Shown one piece after another: positions 1 to 13,300 of a stretch of DNA of 64,000 nt. The position numbers and the translations under genes are program-made. A model generated the notes under the pieces. The model saw only the letters and a list, made by a program, of their open reading frames with translations, was not told where the DNA came from and did not search any database. The stretch comes from Euglena gracilis (Eukaryota), in contig CP154954.1 of assembly GCA_039621445.1 (NCBI GenBank), positions 31,458,012-31,522,011 on the forward strand. The letters run 5' to 3'. Numbering within the stretch: position 1 is the stretch's first letter; each line of letters starts with the position of its first letter.

Positions 1-319
1 ACAGCATCCCCACTCCTTAGGGTTTTGGTTGATTGTGAGGGATGGGGTTATGTTTAGGGTCTGGACTGGGGTTTGGGTTAGAATTTAGGTCAGTGGGCCT
101 GGATGCAGGCTACATTTAAAATTAAGTAAGTCCAAAATGAGGCCCAATTTCGGCATAACTCCCTAACCTCCCAACTTTGGCCAAACCCCAGCCCACACAG
201 ATTTCTTAACGGCAACAACAACTTTGCTTAAAAATACAGAATTCCTCAAAATATGCTGACGTTAGACGATGGACCCCACATTAAACCACAGGACCCCGAG
301 GGGCTCAGAACCCCCCCAC

Positions 320-835
320 CCCCCGAAAACGGCAGAGTCGGACAGTGGGAAAAATGCACAAAACGGCCATCTGGCCCGAAAAACGGCCGTATCTCGGGCT
401 AGGCGGGGAGTTGCAGGAAATCAAAATACCAGTAGATGGGGCGTTCCAAGGGCTGCAATTTGGGTCTGCGGACATTTCCTTTGATTTGGCTTCATTTTGG
501 AGATATTTTGAAAATTGACATTTTTTGGCCGAAATGGCAGAGTCCAAAGGGGCTTAAAAACGGGGTGGGCCGATCCTACCCAGTTTGGACTCCTTCGTGC
601 GTGCATATTTCGGGCCTGGCGGGGAGTTGGGGGTCAAACCCAGGTGATTCGGAAACTAGAAATCCAGTCGCTCGCGACTGGAAAAAAAAATCCGGGAACC
701 GGGCCGGGATCATGGTGATAATCCGTCGGTTCTCCTGGTGGCCCCGATCCGAGGGGGGGGGGTCGAGGGGGGGTTTTCGCCAGGTGTAAGCTTCACTCTT
801 ACCCATAAAGGGACAAGAGCTCAGCGGCCCCCCCC
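320..835. repeat. Dispersed repeat family (ends TAAGCTTC.CTCTTACCCATAAAGGGA.AAGAGCTCAGCGGCCCCC)
   Basis: Related copies at ~11430-11712 (same strand) and ~61420-61880 (reverse). Confidence 0.75.
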
Positions 836-2037
836 TATGTCCAACCACCAGTTGCCCCTGTCCTCCAACCGGGGGGGGGGGGGTGTCGTTGCACATAGGG
901 TTCTGGCCAAAAGGGTGACAACCAACCGGGGGTCGGTTGTTGGAGAAGGGGTCTAAAAAAAAGTTGGGGGGCACCCGGGACCTCCAAATAAAATCAAATT
1001 TTCCTTCTGCTCTTTGCGCCGAAAATTTGGGCAACTTAATGGCTTGCCCAAATAAGTGCCAAGGTTGGCATTTTGCCAATTTTGGGCCTATTTTGTGCAC
1101 AAAAGTTTTCGGCCCAGCGCTTTGCACCGGGCCAAACCTCCAAAAAGGTGCCCTCTGACCGGGGGGGGGGGTCGTTCGACATCGGGGGGAGGGGGGTGTT
1201 GGACGTTGAGGGGGGGGATAGTTTAAGGGTGCCGCTTCAGTTTCGGCGTTTCGCAAAACCAGACAAACAAACAACCAAAATGACGATTCAATTTGCCATC
1301 TACCAACCAAATAAAGAAAAGCAGGCTGAAAACAGGGAGGCCAGTTGAGTGATTCCCCCAACAAAAGATTTGGCAAGGAGCAGGGGGGGGGGATTGAATC
1401 AGAGGTATTAGGAAAAAATGCGGGTAAATCGTGGGAAACTTGCAGGAATTGCAGTTTTGGGGATTGGTGCACTTTTGCTGCAGGTCTCAGAAAAATTTCA
1501 CACATTTGGCCATTTTGCAACATAGGTGTAATTTTTGGACTGTTATTCACATTTTTTTCCAACAGAAAGGCCCAAAAAAGTGACTTTTGTAATTATGGGA
1601 ACATGCTGATTCTGGAAATATGGAACTTCTTGGGTGAAGAATCCAAAAATGGCAAAAAAAAATGACAAGAGCATTGTTATCAAGTAAAATCTGGTCAGGA
1701 TGCAAAATTTTCTGAGTCCGAAATTATTTCCAAGAAAAAATCGGGGAACACACTGCCAAAAATTTACCAAAATTTGTCAAATTTTGGCAAACTTGCAACA
1801 AAATAGCAAAAAAGCACCTGGATGCTCTTGTGAAACGATCGAAAAATGACAAGAACTCGTTTACCCTGCATTTCAGGTTTGTGCAAAAAAAAAATTGAAG
1901 AAAAGGGGGGAAATTGTGGGAAAATTGCAGAAAACTTGTGGAAATTGCGGAGAAATTGCGGAGAAACTGCAGGAAAAATGTGAATATCAATCCTCCCCTG
2001 CCAGGATACGACACAGCAATGGGGCTCCGTCCTGGGT

Positions 2038-2409
2038 AGCTGAAGGGGTGGCAGTTGGGGTCCCACTCGGCGTGGCGGACGGTGTCCCGGTGGGCGTCGC
2101 CGATGGGGTGCTGGTGGGGGTGCCAGACGGCGTTGCGGAGGGCGTGCCGGTTGGGGTAGCTGAGGGCGTCATTGTTGGTGTGCCAGAGGGCGTCGCGGAC
2201 GGGGTGCCGGTGGGCGTGGCGGACGGTGTGGCGGAAGGCGTGCCGGTGGGCGTGGCTGATGGGGTGGCGGTGGGCGTGCCGGAAGGGGTGGCGGTTGGAG
2301 TGGCGGTTGGGGTGGCGGATGGGGTGGTGGTGGGGGTGCCAGACGGCGTGGCGGAGGGCGTGCCGGTCGGCGTCGCGGACGGTGTGGCGGAGGGCGTGCC
2401 AGTTGGGGT
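2038..2409 (-). CDS. Gene 1 exon 22 (gene continues beyond left edge)
   Basis: 372 nt tandem copy; followed by intron start ACC-CAGGACGGAGCCCC. Confidence 0.85.
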
Positions 2410-5400
2410 GGGGGCAGAAGCAGAGCTCTGAATTGGAAATAGGGTCCAAAACGCTCCAGATGATGAAAGGAAGCTGAGAAAAGAATGTCTTCCAAATGAA
2501 TATTTCCCCCCTTAGTTGCCCTTAGTTGCACTAAGGCTTCTTGTCTGTTTATGGCCTGCGCGAACTTCGCTTCTGGCCCAGTTTGCTGTTTGGTAACCCC
2601 CCCCCCCCCGGAAACTGTCACCTGAGGGGTCGGTGCGGCTCCGGGGCAGGGCGTCGCTAAACCCACCCGGGGGGGGGGGGGTTCAGCTGAGAGGCTGCAA
2701 CGTATGGCAAAGGCTGCTGGCTGACCCCCCCCCCAGGTCTGAAACTAGCCCCGACCCGGGGACGACGACACGGGTGATAAAAATCGAAACTGCACAAATG
2801 CCCCACAAAACTGCCAATTATGCAAGAAATTGATTGTTTGAACCGAAATGCATCCTTGTCAGCCCTTTTCCGACCCACCCCCCCCCTCCATTTTTGCACC
2901 CCCAAAAGCAAAAAAAAAAAAATCCGTCACCGTCCAGCCGCCGCTCGGGCAGCTGGAAAAGATGAAACTCGTCAATGGGGGGGAGGGCGGTTCGAAGCTG
3001 GAAAAAGCCCCCCCCCCCCCTCCCCTGATGGGGTGTCCTCTGGCTAAAGCGACGCACGCACCGGAAATCCTGACAACTTCCTGCTGTGACAGTTTGGCCG
3101 GTACCAGGGACTTTGACAATTTCCCAGATGGAAAACTGTCAGGTTCCCTTCAGGGTCACTCTGGGAAAAGGTTGAACACAAGCATTTTGAAGCACAAAAA
3201 AAACCTTAAACTTTGGCAACAGAAATCGCACGGTTGGGGTCCGTTTTCATGTACACCTTTGTGCTGTTGGTCAGACATGTAAATCAGGCGTTCAACGAAG
3301 GGGATGTCATAAGCCTTTTTTTTTAGCTGTGAACAAACAAAACTTTTTATTTGATGGATGGACACATGTGCAACATGGTATGAAATGAATGAACCGTGAA
3401 TTTTGGCACCTGATCATGCAGTGTATTTCTGAGAAGCGGACAATCGACTCACAAAAATGACGAGGATGCATGAACGCCAAGATGACTGGTGCACTTGTGC
3501 AATTGCACAAAGAAAATTGATTGAAGTACAATTCTTTATTTTCTGTGTCCCATAGTTTCATGGAATGTGACTGTTCCCCTTGTTGCCCCAAGGTGCCAAG
3601 GCACAAAAAAAAGTGGCAGGATCTTCCGCCCTCCAAATTCCCTACACAAATGTCCTTTTGGCCATCTGCCACCCCCACCTCTCAGAGCTCTTAAGGTGGT
3701 GTAACTTGAAAATAACTGCAGGGAGGGTTAGAAATGATGTGATCGTCACCAGGGAACACACGTCCCAAACATATGGGCTGTGCATATAATAAACAGCGAA
3801 GGAGCGAAACACGCTGTGCGTTGAGTTGCATTTGTGGAGCCTTAAACTACTGCCCTTGTGGGGGGGGGGTCCCAGTAAGTGAACGATCGGGGGGGGGGGG
3901 GGTTGGACCTCCTGGCGTTTTCACAACAGGGCCCGAACTCGATTTGTTTTCACTTCCCCAAACAAATGTGTAATACAGCATCTCCACTCCTTAGGGTTTG
4001 GATAGGGTTATGTTTAGGGTTTGGACTGGAGTTTGGGTTAGAATTTAGGCCCGTGGGCTAAAATTGTTGGCTAAAATTAGGCTTAACTTAGTCCAAATTT
4101 AGGCCCAATTTCAGCATAACCCCCTAACCTCCCAACTTTGGCCGAACCCTAACCCGCGTCGCTTTCTAAATGGCAACCACAACCATGACCCTTTGCCTTG
4201 AACGCCTCAAACTATGCCAACGTCAGACGATGGACCCCACATCAAACCACGGGGACCCCCAGGGGCTCAGAACCCCCCCCCATGTCCAACCATCAGTGAC
4301 CCCTGGGGCGGGTTGTCGTTGCACACAGGGTTCTGGCCAAAAGGGTGACAACCGAGCAGGGGGTTGGTTGTTGGATAAGGGGTCTAGCTAGTCTAGGGGA
4401 AAAAAAAGGTTGGAGGGCACCCGGGACTCCCAAATAAGGTCAAATTTTTCCTTCCGCGGTTTGCAGCAAAAAAAAAAGGGCAACTTGATAATTTTTGCCC
4501 AAAAGTGCCAGATTGGCATTTGGCTTTGGTCACAATCTTTCGGCCCAGCGCTTCGCACCGGGCAAAACCTCCAAAAAGTGTCCTCCGACCGTGGGGGGGA
4601 GGGTGGTCGTTGGACATGGGGGGTTGTTGGACGTAGGGGGGGGGTGGAGTTTAAGGGTGCCGCTTACGTTTGGGAGTTTCGCAAAACCAGACTGGTTGGC
4701 CCACCAAACGACGAAAAAAAACAATTTAATATGCCATCTGCCCACTGTGAATAACAATCACAATTACAATTTACACCTATGTTGCAAAATGGCCAAATTT
4801 GTGAAAATTTTCAAAGTCCCCTCCAGCAGAAGTGCACCAACCCTCAAAAACGCAATTTGCGCAATTTTTTTTGCAATTTTTCTGCATTGTTTCCGAAGAC
4901 CTCTGATTTCAAATCCTCCCAGCAGAAATAGGGGGGAAACCTACAAACAGGCCAAAAAATTACCAGAATATGTCAAATTTGGCAAAATTTGGCAAGTTTT
5001 GGCAAACTTGCAACAAAAAAACAAAAAAGCACCTGAATGCCCTTGTGAAACGCCCAAGAACTGGCCGGAACTCTTTTTATTACCTTGCATTTCAGATTCA
5101 TGCGAAAAATGGCGGAAAGGGGGGGAAATGCGGGGAAATTGCAGAAAATTTGCGGAAATTGCAGGGAAATTGTGGAGAATCACTTGAATTGTGGAGAAAT
5201 TGCGGAGAAATTGCGGCAAAAATTGCGGATATCAATTCCCCCTGCGCCAGTGTGCGAGGGAGGATACGACACAGCAATGGGGCTCTGTCCTGGGCAGCTG
5301 AAGGGGTGGCAGTTGGGGTCCCACTCGGCGTGGCGGACGGTGTCCCGGTGGGCGTCGCCGATGGGGTGCTGGTGGGGGTGCCAGACGGCGTTGCGGAGGG

Positions 5401-8400
5401 CGTGCCGGTTGGGGTAGCTGAGGGCGTCATTGTTGGTGTGCCAGAGGGCGTCGCGGACGGGGTGCCGGTGGGCGTGGCGGACGGTGTGGCGGAAGGCGTG
5501 CCGGTGGGCGTGGCTGATGGGGTGGCGGTGGGCGTGCCGGAAGGGGTGGCGGTTGGAGTGGCGGTTGGGGTGGCGGATGGGGTGGTGGTGGGGGTGCCGG
5601 ACGGCGTGGCGGAGGGTGTGCCGGTCGGCGTCGCGGACGGTGTGGCGGAGGGCGTGCCAGTTGGGGTGGGGGCAGAAGCAGAGCTCTGAATTGGAAATAG
5701 GGTCCAAAACGCGCCAGATGATGAAAGGAAGCTGAGAAAAGACTGTCCTCCAAATGAATATTTCCCCCCTTAGTTGCCCTTAGTTGCACTAAGGCTTCTT
5801 GTCTGTTTATGGCCTGCGCGAACTTCGCTTCTGGCCCAGTTTGCTGTTTGGTAAGCCCCCCCCCGGAAACTGTCACCTGAGGGGTCGGTGCGGCTCCAGG
5901 GCAGGGCGTCGCTAAACCCACCCGGGGGGGGGGGTTTCAGCTGAGTGGCTGCAACGTATGGCAAAGGCTGCTGGCTGACCCCCCCCCCCCAGGTCTGAAA
6001 CTAGCCCCGACCCGGGGACGACGACACGGGTGATAAAAATCGAAACTGCACAAATGCCCCACAAAACTGCCAATTATGCAAGAAGTCGATTGTTTGAACC
6101 GAAATGTATCCTTCTCAGCCCACTTCCGACCCATCCCCACCCCATTCTTGTCCCATTTATTGCACCCCAAAAGCAAAAAAAAAAAATCCGTCACTATCCA
6201 TCCGCCCCTCGGGCAGCTGGAAAATAGATAAAACTCGTCAATGGGGGAGGAGGGCGGTTCGAAGCTGGAAAAAGCCCCCTCCCCTGATGGGTGTCCTCCG
6301 GCTAAAGCGACGCACGGCACTGGAAATCCTGACAACTTCCTGCTGTGACAGTTTGGCCGGTACCAGGGACTTTGACAGTTTCCCAGATGGAAAACTGTCA
6401 GGTTCCCTTCAGGGTCACTCTGGGAAAAGGTTGAACACAAGCATTTTGAAGCACAAAAAAAGCCTTAAACTTTGGCAACAGAAATCGTGTGTTTGGGGTC
6501 CGTTTTCATGTACACCTTTGTGCTGTTGGTCAGACATGTAAATCAGGTGTTCAACGAAGGGGATGTCATAAGCCTTTTTTTTTAGCAGTGAACAAACAAT
6601 ACTGTTTATTTGATGGATGGACACATGTGCAACATGGTATGAAATGAATGAACCGTGAATTTTGGCACCTGATCATGCAGTGTATTTTCTGAGAAGCGGA
6701 CAATCGACTCACAAAAATGACGAGGATGCATGAACGCCAAGATGACTGGTTCACTTGTGCAATTGCACAAAGAAAATTGATTGAAGTACAATTCTTTCTT
6801 TTCTGTGTCCCATAGTTTCATGGAATGTGACTGTTCCCCTTGTTGCCCCAAAGTGCCAAGGCACAAAAAAAGTGGCAGGATCTTCCGCCCTCCAAATTCC
6901 CTACACAAATGTCCTTTTGGCCATCTGCCACCCCCACCTCTCAGAGCTCTTAAGGTGGTGTAACTTGAAATAATTGCAGGGAGGGTTAGAAATGATGTGA
7001 TCGTCACCAGGGAATACACGTCCCAAACATATGGCCTGTGCATATAATAAACAGCGAAGAAGCAAAACATGCTGTGGGTTGAGTTGCATTTGTGGAGCCT
7101 TAAACTGCTGCCCTTGTGGGGGGGGGTCCCAGTAAGTGAACGATCGGGGGGATTGGACCTCCTGGCGTTTTCACAACAGGGCCCGAACTCGATTTGTTTT
7201 CACTTCCCCCAAACAAATGTGTAATACAGCATCGCCACTCCTTAGGGCTTGGATAGGGTTATGTTTAGGGTTTGGACTGGGGTTTGGGTTAGAATTTAGG
7301 CCCATGGGCTAAAATTGTTGGCTAAAATTAGGCTTAACTTAGTCCAAATTTAGGCCCAATTTCAGCATAACCCCTAACCTCCCAACTTTGGCCGAACTCT
7401 AACCCGTGTCGCTTTCTCAATGGCAACCACAACCATGATCCTTTGCCTTGAACTCCTCAAAACATGCCAACGTCAGACGATGGACCCCACATCAAACCAC
7501 GGGGACCCCCAGGGGCTCATGTCCAACCATCAGTGACCCCTGGGGCGGGTTGTCGTTGCACACAGGGTTCTGGCCAAAAGAGTGACAACCGAGCAGGGGG
7601 TCGGTTGTTGGACAAGGGGTCTAGCTAGTCTAGGGGAAAAAAAAAGGTTGGAGGGCACCCGGGACTCCCAAATAAGGTCAAATTTTTTCCTTCCGCGATT
7701 TGCAGCAAAAAAAAAAGGGCAACTTGATAATTTTTGCCCAAAAGTGCCAAGATTGGCATTTGGCTTTGGTCACAACCTTTCGGCCCAGCGCTTCGCACCG
7801 GGCAAAACCTCCAAAAAGTGTCCTCCGACTGTGGGGGGGGAGGGTGGTCGTTGGACATGGGGGGTTGTTGGACGCAGGGGGGGGGGGTGGAGTTTAAGGG
7901 TGCCGCTTACGTTTGGGAGTTTCGCAAAACCAGACTGGTTGGCCCACCAAACGACGAAAAAAACAATTTAATATGTCATCTGCCCACTGTGAATAACAAT
8001 CACAATTACAATTTACACCTATGTTGCAAAATGGCCAAATTTGTGAAAATTTTCAAAGTCCCCTCCAGCAGAAGTGCACCAACCCTCAAAAACGCAATTT
8101 GCGCAATTTTTTTTGCAATTTTTCTGCATTGTTTCCGAAGACCTCTGATTTCAAATCCCAGCAGAAATAGGGGGGAAACTTACAAACAGGCCAAAAAATT
8201 ACCAGAATATGTCAAATTTGGCAAAATTTGGCAAGTTTTGGCAAACTTGCAACAAAAAAACAAAAAAGCACCTGAATGCCCTTGTGAAACGCCCAAGAAC
8301 TGGCCGGAACTCTTTTTATTACCTTGCATTTCAGATTCATGCGAAAAATGGCGGAAAGGGGGGGAAATGCGGGGAAATTGCAGAAAATTTGCGGAAATTG

Positions 8401-10334
8401 CAGGGAAATTGTGGAGAATCACTTGAATTGTGGAGAAATTGCGGAGAAATTGCGGCAAAAATTGCGGATATCAATTCCCCCTGCGCCAGTGTGCGAGGGA
8501 GGATACGACACAGCAATGGGGCTCTGTCCTGGGCAGCTGAAGGGGTGGCAGTTGGGGTCCCACTCGGCGTGGCGGACGGTGTCCCGGTGGGCGTCGCCGA
8601 TGGGGTGCTGGTGGGGGTGCCAGACGGCGTTGCGGAGGGCGTGCCGGTTGGGGTAGCTGAGGGCGTCATTGTTGGTGTGCCAGAGGGCGTCGCGGACGGG
8701 GTGCCGGTGGGCGTGGCGGACGGTGTGGCGGAAGGCGTGCCGGTGGGCGTGGCTGATGGGGTGGTGGTGGGCGTGCCGGAAGGGGTGGCGGTTGGAGTGG
8801 CGGTTGGGGTGGCGGATGGGGTGGTGGTGGGGGTGCCGGACGGCGTGGCGGAGGGTGTGCCGGTCGGCGTCGCGGACGGTGTGGCGGAGGGCGTGCCAGT
8901 TGGGGTGGGGGCAGAAGCACAGCCAGGGCTGACAGGTTTGTTGGCTTTGGTAAAGAAAAAATCCACGAGGTGTGTGTATCCAGTGGTTATACACGGGATG
9001 TGCCATTTTCCTGTTGTTGCCTGGGTCGAGAGGAATTCTTCTCCCCGGATTGTTTCCCACCGACCAATTTCAGCGCTCGAAGTGGAGTTAAAGGCCAGGG
9101 GGAAAACCACCATTTGGGGGTTGCTTTAGGGGGTGGTAGGGAACTGGCACCTGGCGGGTTCCCCTTTGGGGACCCACTCATCCTTCTCCCAGATCCCTTT
9201 TCCGAGGTCCCTCTCAGGCCTCCGAGGACTTTCTTTATTTATTTGAAATATTTGGTAAACTGCATGCACCTGACCATCTATTACTTTATGTACCCCCACT
9301 GATCAGCTTCCAGCTGCACACTGTTCTATTCTGCCAAGGGTTTTGGGATCATAAAATTTGAAAACAAAAAAGTGTTGAAGGTTCTATGTCACGTTTTGGT
9401 TTTTTCGAACATATTTGAATTGCCCTGATTTGGAATCGGTGGAAATTAAAAAAAGCAAAATTTGAAAATCTGTGATAAATAGTATCTCACACACCAAATC
9501 AGAAAATTTTGGCCGCCTCTTATGCACCCTTTCGCGGGGGGGGGGGTTCTGTGTGGTTGCACATGGAGTGGTGTGACCTTTGGCTTGGACCACAGGTGCA
9601 TTCAGGTTAAGTCATCAGCTGATTGCAGGATGCGACTCACAAGAGACCGAAACGCTGAGACATTGAAATATGTGTGAAACCCTTTGCAAAAAAAAAACCA
9701 CCGAGGTCTGCATATTTAGCCCCCGAAACTGTCAGGGGCCACCAGTACCGCATTGGTCAGTTTCTTAGTAAACCATTACCAGCGGGGGTGCCTTTGGGAT
9801 TGTGACCTCTTCAAAGAACAATTTCTTCCACATTCATACGCCACAAACAGAAACAGAAGCAATTCATATGGTGAAAAGGATCGTGTATTTTTTTGAGCGA
9901 AATACATTTTTTCTCACAAACCAATAGAATTGCAAAAAGGATTGCCGCCAAATCCTGCTCTCAAATATAGATAGAACCCCCTCCTGAAATGGACCCCCCC
10001 TTACACACTGGCTCCTTCCTGGGCGGCTGAAGGGGTATCCGTGGGTGTTCCGGATGGGGTGGCGGATGGGGTGCCGGTGGGTGTTGAGGAAGGTGTGCTA
10101 GTGGGCGTGCCGGATGGCGTTGCGGAGGGGGTGCTGGTTGGTGTTGCCGACGGCGTGGCGGTGGGAGTGCCGGAGGGCGTCGCCGAGGGGGTACTGGTGG
10201 GGGTGCCAGACGGTGTGCCACTGGGCGTGCCAGTTGGGGTGGGTGCAGAAGCAGAGCGCTGGTTTGGAAACAAAACCCCAAGCAAAATACCGGGAATCTC
10301 ATTTGGGTATCCGATGTTGGGGGCTGGAGTATTA

Positions 10335-10372
<38 letters not shown>

Positions 10373-13300
10373 TATATATATATATATATAATATAATATT
10401 ATATATTATATATATAATATATATAATATATATATATATATATATTATTACTAGAGTATTACAAATATTACTTGGGCACATTTTTCACACTCAATAATAC
10501 CTTTGGGCCACAAAGACGGCGAACAGGAGGTGATAGAGGACCTCCGTGGGTACATTTTGTCTGACCGACACTTCCGGAGATAATTACGTTTTCTTGAGAA
10601 ATTTTCAAAAAATTGATTTCATGACCGAAAACTTCACACCGGCGAAATGACAGAGTCAGGGGGGGTCCGGCCCTGGTCCCACCCACCCCGGGGGTGAGTG
10701 TTCTGAGTTAAAAAGAAGCCCAATGATGACAAAACATTGTGAAGAATAATTTTGAACAAAAACGACAAATATTTTCGGATTTTTGGGGACCCAAATTCAA
10801 GGCCCAAAATGAACTTCAGTGGGGTGTCATTGGCCGACCCGGGGAGGGGGGTTGACTTTTTGTTTCAGAGTGATTGACTGATTTTGGGGTTGGACCCATA
10901 AGCCGGGGGGGGGGGGGCACAAAAAGCCACCAGTGACTCGGCAACAAAGGCCCACCATGAAAAGAATTGGCCACAATCCTTGGCTCCCAAGGTGGCTGAC
11001 GGCTGGGTGGCAGATGGCTGGTTTTGATGAAAAAGGTGAGTCGTTGCTGTTCCTTGGAGCGGAGGTGACCCCCCCCCCCCGCTGGATTGGGGCATTGCCC
11101 ACCGAAAGGGGCCGTGGCGGCGGGTGATGAAGGCCGGCCAGCCCGACCCGACCGTCGTCCAGATATGCGACCCGATCCAGCACGTCCGGAAGGGGCGCTT
11201 AGGCCTTCTGCTGTCCATCTGACCCCCCCCCCCGCCCGCCATAACGTTTGTGCAGACTCCCAGGCCCACTTCACAGCTGTCTATAATGAGGAAATTTCAT
11301 TGTTGGATGTCAACGGCGCATTTTTCGGAGCTTGGAATTTGTGGGTTGGGCGTTGGGCGTGTGGTGTTGTATGTTTTTGTATGTGTGCTGTGGACGTGAG
11401 TGTGCAAGAATCCCCACAAATTCATGCCGCAAACAATCCAAAGGGGGTGGGGGCCAATCCTACCCAGTTTGGACCCATTCGCGGCTGAATAACTTGGGCC
11501 TAGCGGGGAGTTGGGGGTCAAACGGAGGTGATTCGGAAACTAGAAATCCAGTCGCTCGCAACTGAAAAAGAGGATTCTGGGAACGGAGCCGAGATCGTGG
11601 TGATAATCCGCCGGTTCCCGAGGTGGCCCCGAGGGGGGTTCGACCCCCCCTTTTGCCCAAGGGTAAGCTTCGCTCTTACCCATAAAGGGATAAGAGCTCA
11701 GCGGCCCCCCCCCTTGCACACTGGCTCCTTCCTGGGCGGCTGAAGGGGTATCCGTGGGTGTTCCGGATGGGGTGGCGGATGGGGTGCCGGTGGGTGTTGC
11801 GGAAGGTGTGCTAGTGGGCGTGCCGGATGGCGTTGCGGAGGGGGTGCCGGTTGGTGTTGCCGACGGCGTGGCGGTGGGAGTGCCGGAGGGCGTTGCCGAG
11901 GGGGTACTGGTGGGGGTGCCAGACGGTGTGCTACTGGGCGTGCCAGTTGGGGTGGGTGCAGAAGCAGAGCGCTGGTTTGGAAACAAAACCCCAAGCAAAA
12001 TACCTGGGAATCTCATTTGGGTATCCGATGTTGGGGGCTGGAGGGGAATATTACTTGGGCATATTTTTTACACTCGATAATACCCCCCTCCCCCAAAACG
12101 TACATTTTACCATCATTTCTGTCCTTTGTGCACTTGATTTTAAGTTGATATAGGTGACAGCATTGGGGTAGCCGAAGCCAGGTATAGTATTTGGGAGGAG
12201 TATGTTATTGGGAGTGTATTCTTTCGGGGTTAGGCTGCAGCGCCCTATGCACTGTAGCTTTACCCCCTTGGTTCAAGGCTGTGCCATTGGCACAGAGGAT
12301 GTGTCAAAAACGTCCTCGTCGCAGCACTTCAAAAAGAAAAACCTCCAACTGCTGTTGGGATGGGGCAGGTGAATGGCATGGTGTGCGTTGGACAGGTGGT
12401 GGGAACACGTGAAGGGGGTCTCAGTGGGGACCACAGTGCTCAGCAATATCCACAGGCGTGACGAAACACTTGCGGGCAGAAATCACACAACGTTTTCAAA
12501 CTTGGTCAAACTTGGGAAGGTGTCACGGGAGATTACCGCTGGGGGGGGGGGGATAGAAAAGATCCCCCCCCCCAAGAAGTGAGTTGTGTCCTCCCAGTGG
12601 GCTGGCCCCAAATAATGGGGCCAACTGGGGAGCCACAAAAAAACTGATGGTCCAATGATTTGGGCCAGTTTTAAATTCGGGGGTCGGCAAAACGAGGGAA
12701 GTGGCAACAGATGTGGATTCCCTGGGTTTCTTTTACGACATGGACCCCCAAATGAGTATTTGGCTGTCTGGAGGGGTGTATTATTCGGGCATTCGAAGCT
12801 GGGGGCCAGGGCAGGGAATACTTGGGTGTGCTATATTATTTGGGCATATATTTCAAATTCAAAAATGGCCCCCAAAGTGCAGGTTTTTACATTATTTCTG
12901 TGGTATACACATTTTTGACACTAAGTTTAGGCTGACACTGCCTCAGAATTTTTTCCAAACCATGCTCTTTTCTAGGGAAATTCCCTGTCTTGCTTGCATT
13001 CCGTCTCTGGGGTGACGCAGGGGCAGAATACGATTTGGACAACCAAGGTCCTGGGCCAAGGGACTTTTGGTTGTTATGTTTGGGGTTGGTGGGGGGGGGG
13101 GGTTAGTGGCTACTCCATTAGTGGCTTTACTCCAATTGTTGGTTGTGCATGGTGAGCAGATGGACAAAAACTTGGGGTCAAAAAAACGTGGGTGGGAGCG
13201 TTCTGGGAGTAGGAGAGTTGACCAACCAGTCGTCTGACCAGCCAGAACCCCTGGCCACTACTGTTTGGGCTTTGCGGGACAGACTTGACGGGACAGAGGA

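Larger units (their letters stand above)
1..8920. repeat. Tandem exon+intron duplication, ~3.25-kb unit (three exon copies; leftmost unit truncated by window)
   Basis: Exon offsets 3258 and 3239 nt; introns 2410-5295 and 5668-8534 align almost throughout; 1-320 matches ~3975-4280. Confidence 0.95.

Noticed and set aside
15-90. TTAGGG / CCCTAA motifs as telomere (also ~3990, ~7240, ~53050)
   Set aside because: Scattered, degenerate copies within interspersed repeats, not a tandem array
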